Source: an uncultured Bacteroidales bacterium
Lineage (GTDB): Bacteria > Bacteroidota > Bacteroidia > Bacteroidales > CAZLJX01
Length of the DNA stretch: 64,000 nt
Assembly: GCA_964559985.1 (NCBI GenBank)
Contig: CAZLJX010000004.1
Span: 24,571 to 88,570, forward strand
Reading direction: 5' to 3'
The notes beneath the pieces are model-generated. The model saw nothing but the letters and a program-made list of their open reading frames with translations. It was not told the DNA's origin and made no database searches. Made by a program: the position numbers and the translations under genes. Below are positions 1-9,107 of this stretch, piece after piece (the stretch's first letter is position 1; each line of letters starts with the position of its first letter).

Positions 1-2007
1 GATAATATCCGGATTTTATCGGCTGCCATGGTCGAAAAAGCCAGATCCGGACATCCCGGCGGGGCTATGGGAGGTGCTGATTTTATACACATTTTGTATT
101 CCGAATTTCTCGATTTCGACCCCAGCGACCCAAAATGGTTTTTACGTGACCGGTTTTTTCTCGATCCCGGGCACATGTCTCCTATGCTGTACTCCATACT
201 TACCCTTTCAGGCCTGATGGATATTGAAAGCCTGAAAAATTTCAGACAGTGGGGAAGCATCACTCCCGGTCACCCCGAACTTGACCTGGAACACGGAATT
301 GAAAATACATCGGGCCCTTTGGGTCAAGGGCATGCCATGGCTGTCGGAGCTGCCATTGCTGAGCGTTTTCTGGCTGCAAGGTTTGGCGATATAGTTGCCC
401 ACAAAACCTATGCTTACATCTCGGATGGCGGAATTCAGGAAGAAATAAGCCAGGGAGCAGGACGCATTGCAGGACACCTGGGTTTATCGGGCCTTATCAT
501 GTTTTACGACTCAAACGACATTCAGCTGTCAACCGAGACCAATGCTGTTACCAGCGAAGATACAGCCTTGAAATACCAGTCATGGGGCTGGAAAGTAATT
601 ACAATAGACGGACACAACCACGACCAGATCAGAAAAGCCCTTTCAGATGCTAAAAACGAAAAGGAAAAACCAACCTTTATAATCGGAAAAACCATGATGG
701 GAAAAGGCGCTGTTACTGCCGACGAAAAAAATTTTGAACGGCAATGCGAAACCCATGGCCAGCCTTTAAGCGCAGCAGGTGCATCGTTCGAAAAAACCAT
801 TGAAAACCTGGGTGGTAACCCCAAAGATCCATTCATTATTTTTGACGAAGTAAAAAAATACTACCAGCAAAAACGTTCCGAAAAAATTGCTGCTGCTGAA
901 AACAGAAAAGCCATTACCAGGGATTGGGCAGCTCAGAATCCTGAAAAAGCCCTGATGCTCGAAGAATTTTTCAGCGGAAAACCTCCCAAAATAGATTATA
1001 CGGCCATTGCACAAAAAAATAACATTGCTACCCGTGTTGCTTCAGCCGTTGTTCTGGGCGAACTTGCAAAAAAAGCCGGGAACATGATAGTTTGCTCCGC
1101 TGATCTTGCCAATAGTGATAAAACAGATGGATTTTTAAAAAATACCCGGCCATTTACCAGAAATGATTTTTCAGGTGCGTTTCTTCATGCCGGTGTTTCT
1201 GAGCTAACCATGGCAGCTTTATGCAATGGAATGGCATTGCATGGAGGTGTTTTTGCAGCCTGTGGCACTTTCTTCGTTTTCAGCGATTACATGAAACCGG
1301 CTGTAAGGCTTTCAGCACTGATGCAACTTCCGGTAAAATATATCTGGACACACGATGCTTTCCGTGTTGGTGAAGACGGCCCTACTCACCAGCCAGTTGA
1401 ACATGAAGCACAAATCAGGCTGATGGAACAACTTAAAAACCATCATGGAAATATGAGCCTGCTGGCACTAAGGCCTGCAGACGCAGCAGAAACAAATATA
1501 GCCTGGGAAATGGCGCTTGAAAACACAAAATCACCCACTGCGCTCATACTTTCCCGCCAGAACATTAATGACCTGCCTGTGACAGGCGACTCTTCACGGA
1601 TAACCGAAGCAATGCAGGCCAGAAAAGGAGCTTATATAGTGGTAAAACATGACCATCCCGACGTGATTCTGATAGCTTCCGGATCAGAAGTGTCAACCCT
1701 CGTAGCTGCTTCCGGGTTATTGAAAAACAAAGGAATTCAATGCCAGGTGGTATCTGTGATCAGCGAAGGCCTTTTCAGGCAGCAACCACCTCAATACCAG
1801 GAAAATATTATACCAACATCGTTGCCAAAATTTGGACTCACTGCCGGATTACCCATTACCTTACGGAATTTATGCGGTGATAACGGCGTGATTCACGGCC
1901 TCGAAAGTTTTGGGTTTTCGGCACCGGCGGGCACACTTGATGATAAATTAGGTTTTATGCCACAAAATGTTGCCGATAAGATAGAAGAAATGCTTAAAAA
2001 GAAATAA
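1..2007 (+). CDS. tkt: Transketolase, 5'-truncated by the window edge
   Basis: The frame is open from base 1 (DNIRILSAAMVEKARSGHPGGAMG...). Motifs GHPGGAMG, YISDGG.QEE and GEDGPTHQPVEH are typical of transketolase TPP and pyrimidine-binding domains. Stop codon at 2005-2007. Confidence 0.95.
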   Translation, partial: DNIRILSAAMVEKARSGHPGGAMGGADFIHILYSEFLDFDPSDPKWFLRDRFFLDPGHMSPMLYSILTLSGLMDIESLKNFRQWGSITPGHPELDLEHGIENTSGPLGQGHAMAVGAAIAERFLAARFGDIVAHKTYAYISDGGIQEEISQGAGRIAGHLGLSGLIMFYDSNDIQLSTETNAVTSEDTALKYQSWGWKVITIDGHNHDQIRKALSDAKNEKEKPTFIIGKTMMGKGAVTADEKNFERQCETHGQPLSAAGASFEKTIENLGGNPKDPFIIFDEVKKYYQQKRSEKIAAAENRKAITRDWAAQNPEKALMLEEFFSGKPPKIDYTAIAQKNNIATRVASAVVLGELAKKAGNMIVCSADLANSDKTDGFLKNTRPFTRNDFSGAFLHAGVSELTMAALCNGMALHGGVFAACGTFFVFSDYMKPAVRLSALMQLPVKYIWTHDAFRVGEDGPTHQPVEHEAQIRLMEQLKNHHGNMSLLALRPADAAETNIAWEMALENTKSPTALILSRQNINDLPVTGDSSRITEAMQARKGAYIVVKHDHPDVILIASGSEVSTLVAASGLLKNKGIQCQVVSVISEGLFRQQPPQYQENIIPTSLPKFGLTAGLPITLRNLCGDNGVIHGLESFGFSAPAGTLDDKLGFMPQNVADKIEEMLKKK

Positions 2008-2032
2008 TCAAGGATAACTTTGCCATTTTTAA

Positions 2033-2040
2033 TATATTTG
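2033..2040 (+). promoter_or_regulatory. Candidate Bacteroidota -7 promoter box TAtaTTTG upstream of the receiver gene
   Basis: Exact match to TAnnTTTG, 27 nt upstream of the ATG at 2067. A second match, TAacTTTG, lies at 2015-2022. No well-spaced -33 TTTG was seen. Confidence 0.3.
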
Positions 2041-2066
2041 TTAACTTAGCAGGATAAAATTGTAAA

Positions 2067-2447
2067 ATGCCGGAATTACCTAAACATCACGTATTACTTG
2101 TCGAAGACGAAGAGTATAATTATTTATATCTAAAAGAAGTAATACTTAAAACAGGTGTCAAAGTAATAAGAGCTGTAAATGGTAACCAGGCCATTGAATT
2201 ATTTAAAAATAACCCTGATATCAGCCTTATTGTTATGGATATCAGGTTGCCCGATATGAACGGTTATAAAGTTACCAAACAAATAAGGGAAATAAACCCC
2301 AATGTACCTATTATTGCTCTAACAGCTTATGCTTTAAAAGGCGACCGCGAAGAAGCACTCCTGTCGGGCTGCACCGATTACATTCCCAAACCTGTTGAAC
2401 CAGCTTTGCTAAAAGAAAAAATAAAACAGTTTTTGCCCGGGCTTTAG
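2067..2447 (+). CDS. Stand-alone response regulator receiver (CheY-like) protein
   Basis: 126 aa. Acidic pocket LLVEDEE, phospho-acceptor VMDIRLPDMNG, ALTA and the conserved Lys in IPKP. Confidence 0.9.
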   Translation: MPELPKHHVLLVEDEEYNYLYLKEVILKTGVKVIRAVNGNQAIELFKNNPDISLIVMDIRLPDMNGYKVTKQIREINPNVPIIALTAYALKGDREEALLSGCTDYIPKPVEPALLKEKIKQFLPGL

Positions 2448-2758
2448 CTAAAAGACTAAAACAACGTCAGAAAAATTTCTTATCCTCAATTAATTTATAA
2501 GAAGGTATTTGTTGTTTATTTTTCAGGTTGACCAGATTAAATGGATACAATGCTGATAAACTACCACCTTTAACCTTAGTACTATTAAAAACATGGTGGT
2601 TTTGTGAAAGGGAAAATGTACTTTTTTTCAGGAAAACTATTATAAAATTTTAATTATAAATTATTTATTTATAATTATTTAGTATTGTTTTTATAAAAAC
2701 ATTTCCGGTTAAATATTATAATAAGATATCTGAAATTATCATTTTAAATAAAAATTAC

Positions 2759-2766
2759 TATTTTTG
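2759..2766 (+). promoter_or_regulatory. Candidate -7 promoter box TAttTTTG for the CheR operon
   Basis: TAnnTTTG match inside a 378-nt very AT-rich spacer, 60 nt upstream of the CheR1 ATG. Confidence 0.3.
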
Positions 2767-2780
2767 AAAGGATGAAGACC

Positions 2781-2811
2781 GGCTGTAAAACCGGGAAAAA
2801 AATTTACAGCC
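2781..2811 (+). promoter_or_regulatory. Perfect 9-bp inverted repeat (hairpin) in the putative 5' leader of the CheR operon
   Basis: GGCTGTAAA (2781-2789) pairs with TTTACAGCC (2803-2811) across a 13-nt A-rich loop. It ends 14 nt before the ATG at 2826, and no strong T-tract follows. Confidence 0.35.
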
Positions 2812-2825
2812 TTATTTAGGATAAT

Positions 2826-3668
2826 ATGTTTACAAACGAAGATCTGAACCGGTTTATTGCAACATTAAAAACTGCATCAAACTATGATTTTTCTGACTAT
2901 TCAGAGAAATCGTTCCGGCGCCGGGTTGAAAAAATTCTTACCGATTATAAATTGGATATCAATTTGTTAATTAGTAAGATTACCAAAGACCAGGTTTTTC
3001 TCGAAAGGGTTGTGAAAGATATTACCGTCAATACCACCGAGCTTTTCAGAGATCCCGAATTGTGGACAACCTTAAAATACAGAATTCTACCGAATTTCAA
3101 AAAAAATAAATCAATATTTATCTGGCATGCCGGCAGTTCAAGCGGACAGGAAATTTATTCGATGCTCATTTTGCTGGCTGAACTGGATTTATTTGAAAAA
3201 GCCAAGGTTTTTGCTACCGATATCAATACCGATATGCTTGAACTGGCCAAAAAAGGGGAATACCGCTACCGGTTTAATCTTAACTACCTTGATAATTTTG
3301 ACAAAGTGCTGAAAGAAAATCCCTATAACTATGAAGATAAAAAGGACGTTGATTACGGAAAATATTTCGATATCGATAAGGTGAAAGACTCCATCACCAT
3401 GAAAAAATTTCTGCGCGATAAAACCATTTTCCGAAAACACGACCTGGTAAACGATAAAAATATTTTCTATTCAAAATTCGATATTATTTTTTGCCGGAAT
3501 GTGATTATCTATTTCAACAATAACCTTCAGAACCGCGTTATAGAAATGTTTTGTAACAACCTTTACCGCGATGGTTACCTGATACTGGGTGCACATGAAA
3601 GCATTCTTGGCCCTATTGCCAACAATTTTGAGCGTACCAAAGGTTTGTATAAGAAAAAATCATTTTAA
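2826..3668 (+). CDS. cheR: CheR-type protein-glutamate O-methyltransferase (canonical motifs)
   Basis: 280 aa. Motifs TELFRD, IWHAGSSSGQEIYS (compare WSAGCSTGEEPYS), VFATDIN, DIIFCRNVIIYF and GYLILGAHES. Confidence 0.9.
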   Translation: MFTNEDLNRFIATLKTASNYDFSDYSEKSFRRRVEKILTDYKLDINLLISKITKDQVFLERVVKDITVNTTELFRDPELWTTLKYRILPNFKKNKSIFIWHAGSSSGQEIYSMLILLAELDLFEKAKVFATDINTDMLELAKKGEYRYRFNLNYLDNFDKVLKENPYNYEDKKDVDYGKYFDIDKVKDSITMKKFLRDKTIFRKHDLVNDKNIFYSKFDIIFCRNVIIYFNNNLQNRVIEMFCNNLYRDGYLILGAHESILGPIANNFERTKGLYKKKSF

Positions 3669-3677
3669 TAAGCAATA

Positions 3678-4505
3678 ATGATGGTTCAGGACATAGGCAT
3701 AGTCGATACGAAAAAAATTATCAGTGTTATCAAAGATATTCACAACTTTGACCTGAGTAATTTTGCCCTGACCACATTTAAACGCAGGGTGTTGAGAATT
3801 ATTCAGGTATTTAATTTCCAGAATGTTACAGTTTTAATTTCCAAGCTCGAAGAAGATAAAAGCTTTTTTGAAAAATTTCTGGATGAATTGCTGATTGAAC
3901 ATACTGAGTTATTTCGTGACCCTTCCCTGTGGCGTATTCTCAGAGATGTGTACATTCCTGAATTAAGACGCAACAGGGATGTGAAAGTCTGGTTTCCGAT
4001 CACCACCTCGGGAGATGAAGTGCATACTTTTACCATTGTTTTAAAAGAATTAGGATTACTTGATGAATTCAGAATTCTGGTAACAGGCTTTTCAGAGCGA
4101 ATCCTTAACCAGGTAAAGGCCGGTGGCCAGTACGATCTGAAAAAAATTGAAGCAAGTGAGGCAAATTATAAAAGGTATTCCGATCGTTTTGAATTATCTG
4201 ACTATTTTACATCAAGCAACAGTAAAGCTGTTTTCGGCAGTGAATTATTGAAAAATACCGAATTTAAAGTCATCGATTCGGTTGAAACAGAACCTCCGGG
4301 TGGTTTCAAACTTGTAATCTGCCGCAATCAGCTTCTCTATTTCAACCAGTCACTGCACGAAATAGTAGTTAAAAACCTGGCTGAATCGTTAATCGGCTCT
4401 GGTTATCTGGTTCTTGGTTCAAAAGAAAATATGGAAGGTTGCTCAGCTTCAAGCCGTTTTATTCTGATAAATCGTGAAGAAAAAATTTATAAAAAAAAGG
4501 CATAA
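3678..4505 (+). CDS. Divergent CheR paralogue with degenerate SAM-binding motifs
   Basis: 275 aa. It keeps TELFRD and ICRNQLLYF, but motif I reads VWFPITTSGDEVHT and the ATDI acidic post-I position reads VTGF. It starts 9 nt after CheR1. Confidence 0.75.
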   Translation: MMVQDIGIVDTKKIISVIKDIHNFDLSNFALTTFKRRVLRIIQVFNFQNVTVLISKLEEDKSFFEKFLDELLIEHTELFRDPSLWRILRDVYIPELRRNRDVKVWFPITTSGDEVHTFTIVLKELGLLDEFRILVTGFSERILNQVKAGGQYDLKKIEASEANYKRYSDRFELSDYFTSSNSKAVFGSELLKNTEFKVIDSVETEPPGGFKLVICRNQLLYFNQSLHEIVVKNLAESLIGSGYLVLGSKENMEGCSASSRFILINREEKIYKKKA

Positions 4506-4508
4506 ATA

Positions 4509-5069
4509 ATGATTAAAGCAATTATCATAGGTGGTTCAGCGGGAAGTTTCCAGGTAGTTACGCGCATTCTATCAGCCCTGCCTGCAGGTTATCCCATTCC
4601 GGTTTTTCTTTGCCTTCACCGGTTAAAACATGTCAGGTCAGGATTTACTGAAGCACTCTCTATAAAAGCCAACCTCCCGATTGTTGAACCCGATGACAAA
4701 GACCCGATCAAACCAGGGAAAATCTATCTTGCTCCGGCTAATTACCATATGTATATTGAGCTTGGCAACAAATTTGCCCTTTCAACCGAAGAGCCGGTAA
4801 ATCATTCGAGGCCATCGATAGATTTATCATTCTTTTCAGCTTCATATTCCTATAAAAACAAATTAATCGGAATAATTCTTTCAGGAGCCAACAAGGATGG
4901 TGCTTTGGGACTGAAAAGCGTCAAAGATTCGGGAGGTATTGCTATTGTTCAGGATCCCAAAGAATGCCAGGTGCCTACCATGACAACTGCATCGCTCAGG
5001 GCTACTAACGTTGATTATATCTTTAAAACCAATGAAATAATAAATTATCTGCTTAAATTGCAATTTTAA
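4509..5069 (+). CDS. cheB: CheB-type protein-glutamate methylesterase, catalytic domain only (no receiver)
   Basis: 186 aa. IIIGGSAGS (Ser nucleophile region), CLHRLKH (His region) and LSGANKDGALG (Asp region). There is no N-terminal REC domain. Confidence 0.85.
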   Translation: MIKAIIIGGSAGSFQVVTRILSALPAGYPIPVFLCLHRLKHVRSGFTEALSIKANLPIVEPDDKDPIKPGKIYLAPANYHMYIELGNKFALSTEEPVNHSRPSIDLSFFSASYSYKNKLIGIILSGANKDGALGLKSVKDSGGIAIVQDPKECQVPTMTTASLRATNVDYIFKTNEIINYLLKLQF

Positions 5070-5071
5070 TA

Positions 5072-5839
5072 ATGGAAACGCTGAGAAACCATAAAGCATT
5101 TATGTATTTTTTATACCTCATTTTTTTTGTGGTTGCAGTATGGCTGTTTTTTAAATTATTGCCTAACCATCAAACCGGTTCAAAGTTTGATAGTATAATG
5201 GTAATTATTCTTTGGTTGGCAGGAACAGCGTTTTTTATCTTTTCATTGTTAAACACTCAACCTGAAAAAGAGATACAGAATATTGATGACAGCCATGAGC
5301 AACTGGAATCAAAGGTTGAAGACATGGTGAAGGAAACCGCCCAGCAATTATCGCAGACACGAAAAATGCAACTGGAAAAAATTTCAAATCATATTTTCAA
5401 TTCACTCAACCATTTGACAAACCGGGAAACATTTGCTGAAAAATTCCTGATTAACCTGGCACGTGAATTCGAACTTGTTCAGGCACTGATATTCTGGAAT
5501 AAACCCGGAGAAGAACTTTACGAAGTATTAGCAACCTATTCATACTACCGCGAAGAAAAACCCGAAGCATTGCACCCGGGCATTGGCCTTTCGGGACAGG
5601 CTATCAAAGATAAGAAAGCAATGTTTGTCAGTGATGTTCCTGAAAAATACGGAAAAATCATTTCGGGTCTGGGAGCTTCAAAACCGCTTTTTTTAGGATT
5701 AATCCCAGCTATCGAAAATGAAACAGTAACTGGGTTGATTGAAGTAGCATCGTTTGTTGATTGGACTGAAGAACAACAATATATTCTGGAAGAACTGACC
5801 AATATAGCAGCAAAAAAAATTGCAGCATTAAATGCATAA
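5072..5839 (+). CDS. Membrane-anchored coiled-coil/GAF-domain protein
   Basis: 255 aa. Two N-terminal hydrophobic helices, a charged helical linker and a C-terminal GAF-like region (GLSGQAIKDKKAMFVSDV...TGLIEVASF). It starts 2 nt after the CheB stop. Confidence 0.7.
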   Translation: METLRNHKAFMYFLYLIFFVVAVWLFFKLLPNHQTGSKFDSIMVIILWLAGTAFFIFSLLNTQPEKEIQNIDDSHEQLESKVEDMVKETAQQLSQTRKMQLEKISNHIFNSLNHLTNRETFAEKFLINLAREFELVQALIFWNKPGEELYEVLATYSYYREEKPEALHPGIGLSGQAIKDKKAMFVSDVPEKYGKIISGLGASKPLFLGLIPAIENETVTGLIEVASFVDWTEEQQYILEELTNIAAKKIAALNA

Positions 5840-5846
5840 ATGAAAT

Positions 5847-8477
5847 ATGGGTTCAAATAAACATATAGATTTTTTTATTCGCAATGTCTTACTTAAAACC
5901 ATTGGAAAAATCCAATTCCCTATTGGCGGTGTATTGTTTGGTTTTCTGTTTATTCTGGCCGGTATTTTAATTGAATATTTCATCAGGGATTATCCTTTCA
6001 CTTTAAATGCCATAGCATTAATGCATGGTCAGAATCCGTTGCTTTATATAATTGATTTTGCACCCATTATTTTAGGCATGGCTAGCGTCTTTTTCAGGAG
6101 AAATTTTTATTTCCGTCTTTCTGAACAGGAAAAACTATTGGCCGAAAAAGAGGAGCTAATCAAGAAAAATGCACTCATTGCCCGTAAAATAGGCGAAGGT
6201 GATTTATCATTCAATAAAGAAGACATTGAAACTGATGACCAGATTGGCAATGCACTCCTGGTAATGCGTGATAATCTATTGACAACCAAGCTGAAAGAAA
6301 ACGAACAAAGCTGGATTGCTGCCGGCAAAGAAAAAATATCAAATATTTTACGACTTCATACAGACCTCAATGTTCTCTCATACGAAACCCTGGTGAACCT
6401 GATAAACTATATTAAAGTTATTCAAGGAGCCTTTTATATTTATGATGAAGAACAGAATATCCTGACCAATATGGCCACCTATGCCTATAACCGGCGCAAA
6501 TATATCAAACAGGAATTCCGCATAGGGCAAGGTCTTATAGGACAGGCAGCCTATGAAATGGGAACCATTTTCCGCCGGCAGATTCCAGAAGATTATATAA
6601 GCATTACTTCAGGAATTCTGGGTGACCAGAAACCTTCAGCCATATTGATAGTACCTTTAATCAGTGATGATAAACTTCAGGGTGCCCTCGAATTTGCCTC
6701 CATCAAAGACGATATTACTCCTTTAAAAATAAAATTTGTCGAAGAACTGAGCGATATCATAGCCCGTACTATTTTTAACCTGAAAGTCAGTGCCAAAACC
6801 ACCAAACTACTTCAGGATGCCCAGAAAATGACTGAAGAACTGAAGGAGAATGAAGAAGAGCTCAGGCAGAATGCAGAAGAAATGAGGGCTACTCACGAGG
6901 AACTTGAAAAATCGAACGTAAAACTTGAACACCAGGTTCTTGAAGTTGAAAATGCGCAGAAAAGGTTACATTCACTGCTCGAAAATGCCTCTGAAATTAT
7001 CTCTATCTACGACGAAAACCTGAAACTTACCTACGAAAGCCCGTCGGTTACCAATATCTTAGGGTACACCCCTGAAGAAATGATGGAAGGAAAAGACTTT
7101 GAACGTCTGTCGACCAAAGGGGAAACCGACATGAAAGAGATGTTCAATGAGCTGATTAAAAATCCCACCGAAACATATACCATCCAATACACTTACATGA
7201 AAAAGGATGGTAAAAAAATATTTATCGAAGCAACCGGACGAAATCTGCTGCATGACCCTGCAATAAACGGAATCATTATTAATTCGCGCGATATCACCGA
7301 ACGGAAAAGAGCCGAAAAAGAGGAGCGTATGAAAAGCAAAATGCAATCGCTCTCCGAAAACTCGCCCGACATGATTATCCGCCTGAGCCCCGCTGGTCAG
7401 TTTTTCTATGCCAACCCGATTGTAAAAATTTTTACCGGGGTCGATACCAACGAGGTAATGAATAAAACCATTGAAGAAGTTAACTTTAACGAACAGATTG
7501 TTACCTTTTTCAAAGATACCATCAAGCAAATAGTCAAGAACCAGACTAAAATCAATATTGAAATTACTTTTCCGACCAATTTCGGAAATCGTATCATGCA
7601 GGTAAATGCCATTCCGGAATTTAACGAAGAAAAAGAACTTGAAAGTGTACTTTTTGTAGCCCACGACATTACAGAGCGTAAAAATATTGAACTTGAAATA
7701 CAGGAAAAAAACAAAAAAATCACCGAAAGCATTAATTATGCCGAACGTATTCAAAGCTCAATACTGCCCGATACAAAATATATACAGGAATTTCTGCCAA
7801 AATCATTTATTTTTTACAAACCCCGCGATGTGGTAAGCGGCGATTTTCCATGGTTTTTCAAAAAAGAAGAAGACATTTACATAGCCGTTGTCGATTGCAC
7901 CGGGCATGGCGTTCCGGGAGCATTACTTTCATTTATAGGCTATTTCCTGCTCAATAATATTGTTGATCATGATTATGACTGGACTGCCGGAGAAGTGCTC
8001 GATCATCTGCATCAGAATGTAAGACGCACTTTGAAACAGGACCGTGCCGATGCCAATGCCCGTGATGGGATGGATATTGCCCTGGTAAAAATAAACCTGC
8101 AAAAAAACAAATTGCAGTATAGTGGTGCACACAGGCCTTTATATCTGCTGCGCAAAAGCGAGCTTACCGAATTTGAAGGCAACCGCAAAGCCATTGGTGG
8201 CATTCCGCATGCAAAAAAACCCGAAAGCAGTTTTGTTAATCATGTGATAGAAATTACCCCTGGCGATAAAGTATTTTTCTTTTCCGATGGCCTTACCGAC
8301 CAGTTGGGCGGACCCGACCGTCAGAAATATTCTCCCCGCCGGATAAGGGAAATAATTATTGAAAATTCAGATTTTTCAATGACACAATTTTCTAATTATT
8401 TTGCAAGAGATTTTAAAAAATGGAAAGGCGACAACAAACAAATTGATGATGTATTGCTTATTGGCATTGAATTTTAA
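5847..8477 (+). CDS. Membrane sensor PP2C (SpoIIE/RsbU-type) serine phosphatase with HAMP-like, GAF and two PAS domains (SiaA-like)
   Basis: 876 aa. N-terminal TM helices, GDLSF...DDQIGNAL..MRDNL (HAMP-like), a GAF domain (GLIGQAAYEMGTIF) and two PAS blocks each ending DIT(E)RK. The PP2C motifs are VSGDFPWF, VDCTGHGVPGALLS, DGMDIALV, FFFSDGLTDQ and DDVLLIGIEF. Confidence 0.9.
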   Translation: MGSNKHIDFFIRNVLLKTIGKIQFPIGGVLFGFLFILAGILIEYFIRDYPFTLNAIALMHGQNPLLYIIDFAPIILGMASVFFRRNFYFRLSEQEKLLAEKEELIKKNALIARKIGEGDLSFNKEDIETDDQIGNALLVMRDNLLTTKLKENEQSWIAAGKEKISNILRLHTDLNVLSYETLVNLINYIKVIQGAFYIYDEEQNILTNMATYAYNRRKYIKQEFRIGQGLIGQAAYEMGTIFRRQIPEDYISITSGILGDQKPSAILIVPLISDDKLQGALEFASIKDDITPLKIKFVEELSDIIARTIFNLKVSAKTTKLLQDAQKMTEELKENEEELRQNAEEMRATHEELEKSNVKLEHQVLEVENAQKRLHSLLENASEIISIYDENLKLTYESPSVTNILGYTPEEMMEGKDFERLSTKGETDMKEMFNELIKNPTETYTIQYTYMKKDGKKIFIEATGRNLLHDPAINGIIINSRDITERKRAEKEERMKSKMQSLSENSPDMIIRLSPAGQFFYANPIVKIFTGVDTNEVMNKTIEEVNFNEQIVTFFKDTIKQIVKNQTKINIEITFPTNFGNRIMQVNAIPEFNEEKELESVLFVAHDITERKNIELEIQEKNKKITESINYAERIQSSILPDTKYIQEFLPKSFIFYKPRDVVSGDFPWFFKKEEDIYIAVVDCTGHGVPGALLSFIGYFLLNNIVDHDYDWTAGEVLDHLHQNVRRTLKQDRADANARDGMDIALVKINLQKNKLQYSGAHRPLYLLRKSELTEFEGNRKAIGGIPHAKKPESSFVNHVIEITPGDKVFFFSDGLTDQLGGPDRQKYSPRRIREIIIENSDFSMTQFSNYFARDFKKWKGDNKQIDDVLLIGIEF

Positions 8478-8510
8478 TATGATGAAAATAATTACTAAAT
8501 AACAGGCACT

Positions 8511-9095
8511 ATGGATGGAAATAACATCGACGTAAAAGGATTCCTCGAATTCGTTTATAGCTTTTATAAAACGATGAAGGATCATGATATCATCCTGGTT
8601 TATGAAGGTGAAGTTACACACCAGATTACCAAGGCTTTTACATCATTAACTGAAACCAATATGGAACAACAGATGGAGGCCAGCTCCACCCAGAAAAAGG
8701 TTTTCCATGTCATGGTTGAAGCCTTGCAGAATATCAGCAAACATGCTGATAATCCGGATGGTAGTGTCAGAAATGACGGCAGAGGGATATTTATGCTGAG
8801 TAAAAACAGTGAAGAATATACCATCACTACAGGAAACGTTTGCGAACGTTCAAAAATTCCACGCATGACAGAAACCCTTGAAAAAATTAACAGCCTTGAC
8901 AAAGAAGGACTTAAAGAGATGTATAAAAGCCAGATAAAGGAAGGAATTATCTCAAACCGGGGTGGTGCGGGACTTGGGTTTATTGATATTGCAAAAAAAA
9001 CCGGTAATAAACTGCATTACTCATTTCTGACCATCAACAATGAATATTCGTTTTTTGTATTAATGACTAAGATATCAAGAAGTAGTAATTTATAA
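8511..9095 (+). CDS. SiaB-like / anti-sigma-factor-type (GHKL ATPase fold) serine-threonine protein kinase
   Basis: 194 aa. N-box-like EALQNISKHA and G-box GGAGLGFIDIAKK. Its size and its position after a PP2C gene and before a DUF1987 gene match the SiaB arrangement. Confidence 0.75.
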   Translation: MDGNNIDVKGFLEFVYSFYKTMKDHDIILVYEGEVTHQITKAFTSLTETNMEQQMEASSTQKKVFHVMVEALQNISKHADNPDGSVRNDGRGIFMLSKNSEEYTITTGNVCERSKIPRMTETLEKINSLDKEGLKEMYKSQIKEGIISNRGGAGLGFIDIAKKTGNKLHYSFLTINNEYSFFVLMTKISRSSNL

Positions 9096-9107
9096 AAACA
9101 TACAATT

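Noticed and set aside
5333-5359. ETAQQLSQT segment in the small TM-GAF protein as a possible Gln-Gln methylation/deamidation site
   Set aside because: It only loosely resembles the [EQ][EQ]xxA[ST] consensus (Gln instead of Ala at +4) and has no heptad-repeated partners. It is much weaker than the EE ladder at 6828-6914.
7059-7754. 231-aa minus-strand ORF (and the nested 108-aa ORF) inside the PP2C sensor gene
   Set aside because: It lies entirely antisense to a plus-strand gene with strong PAS and PP2C motifs. Its low-complexity F/K/N-rich translation is typical of a shadow frame in AT-rich coding DNA.
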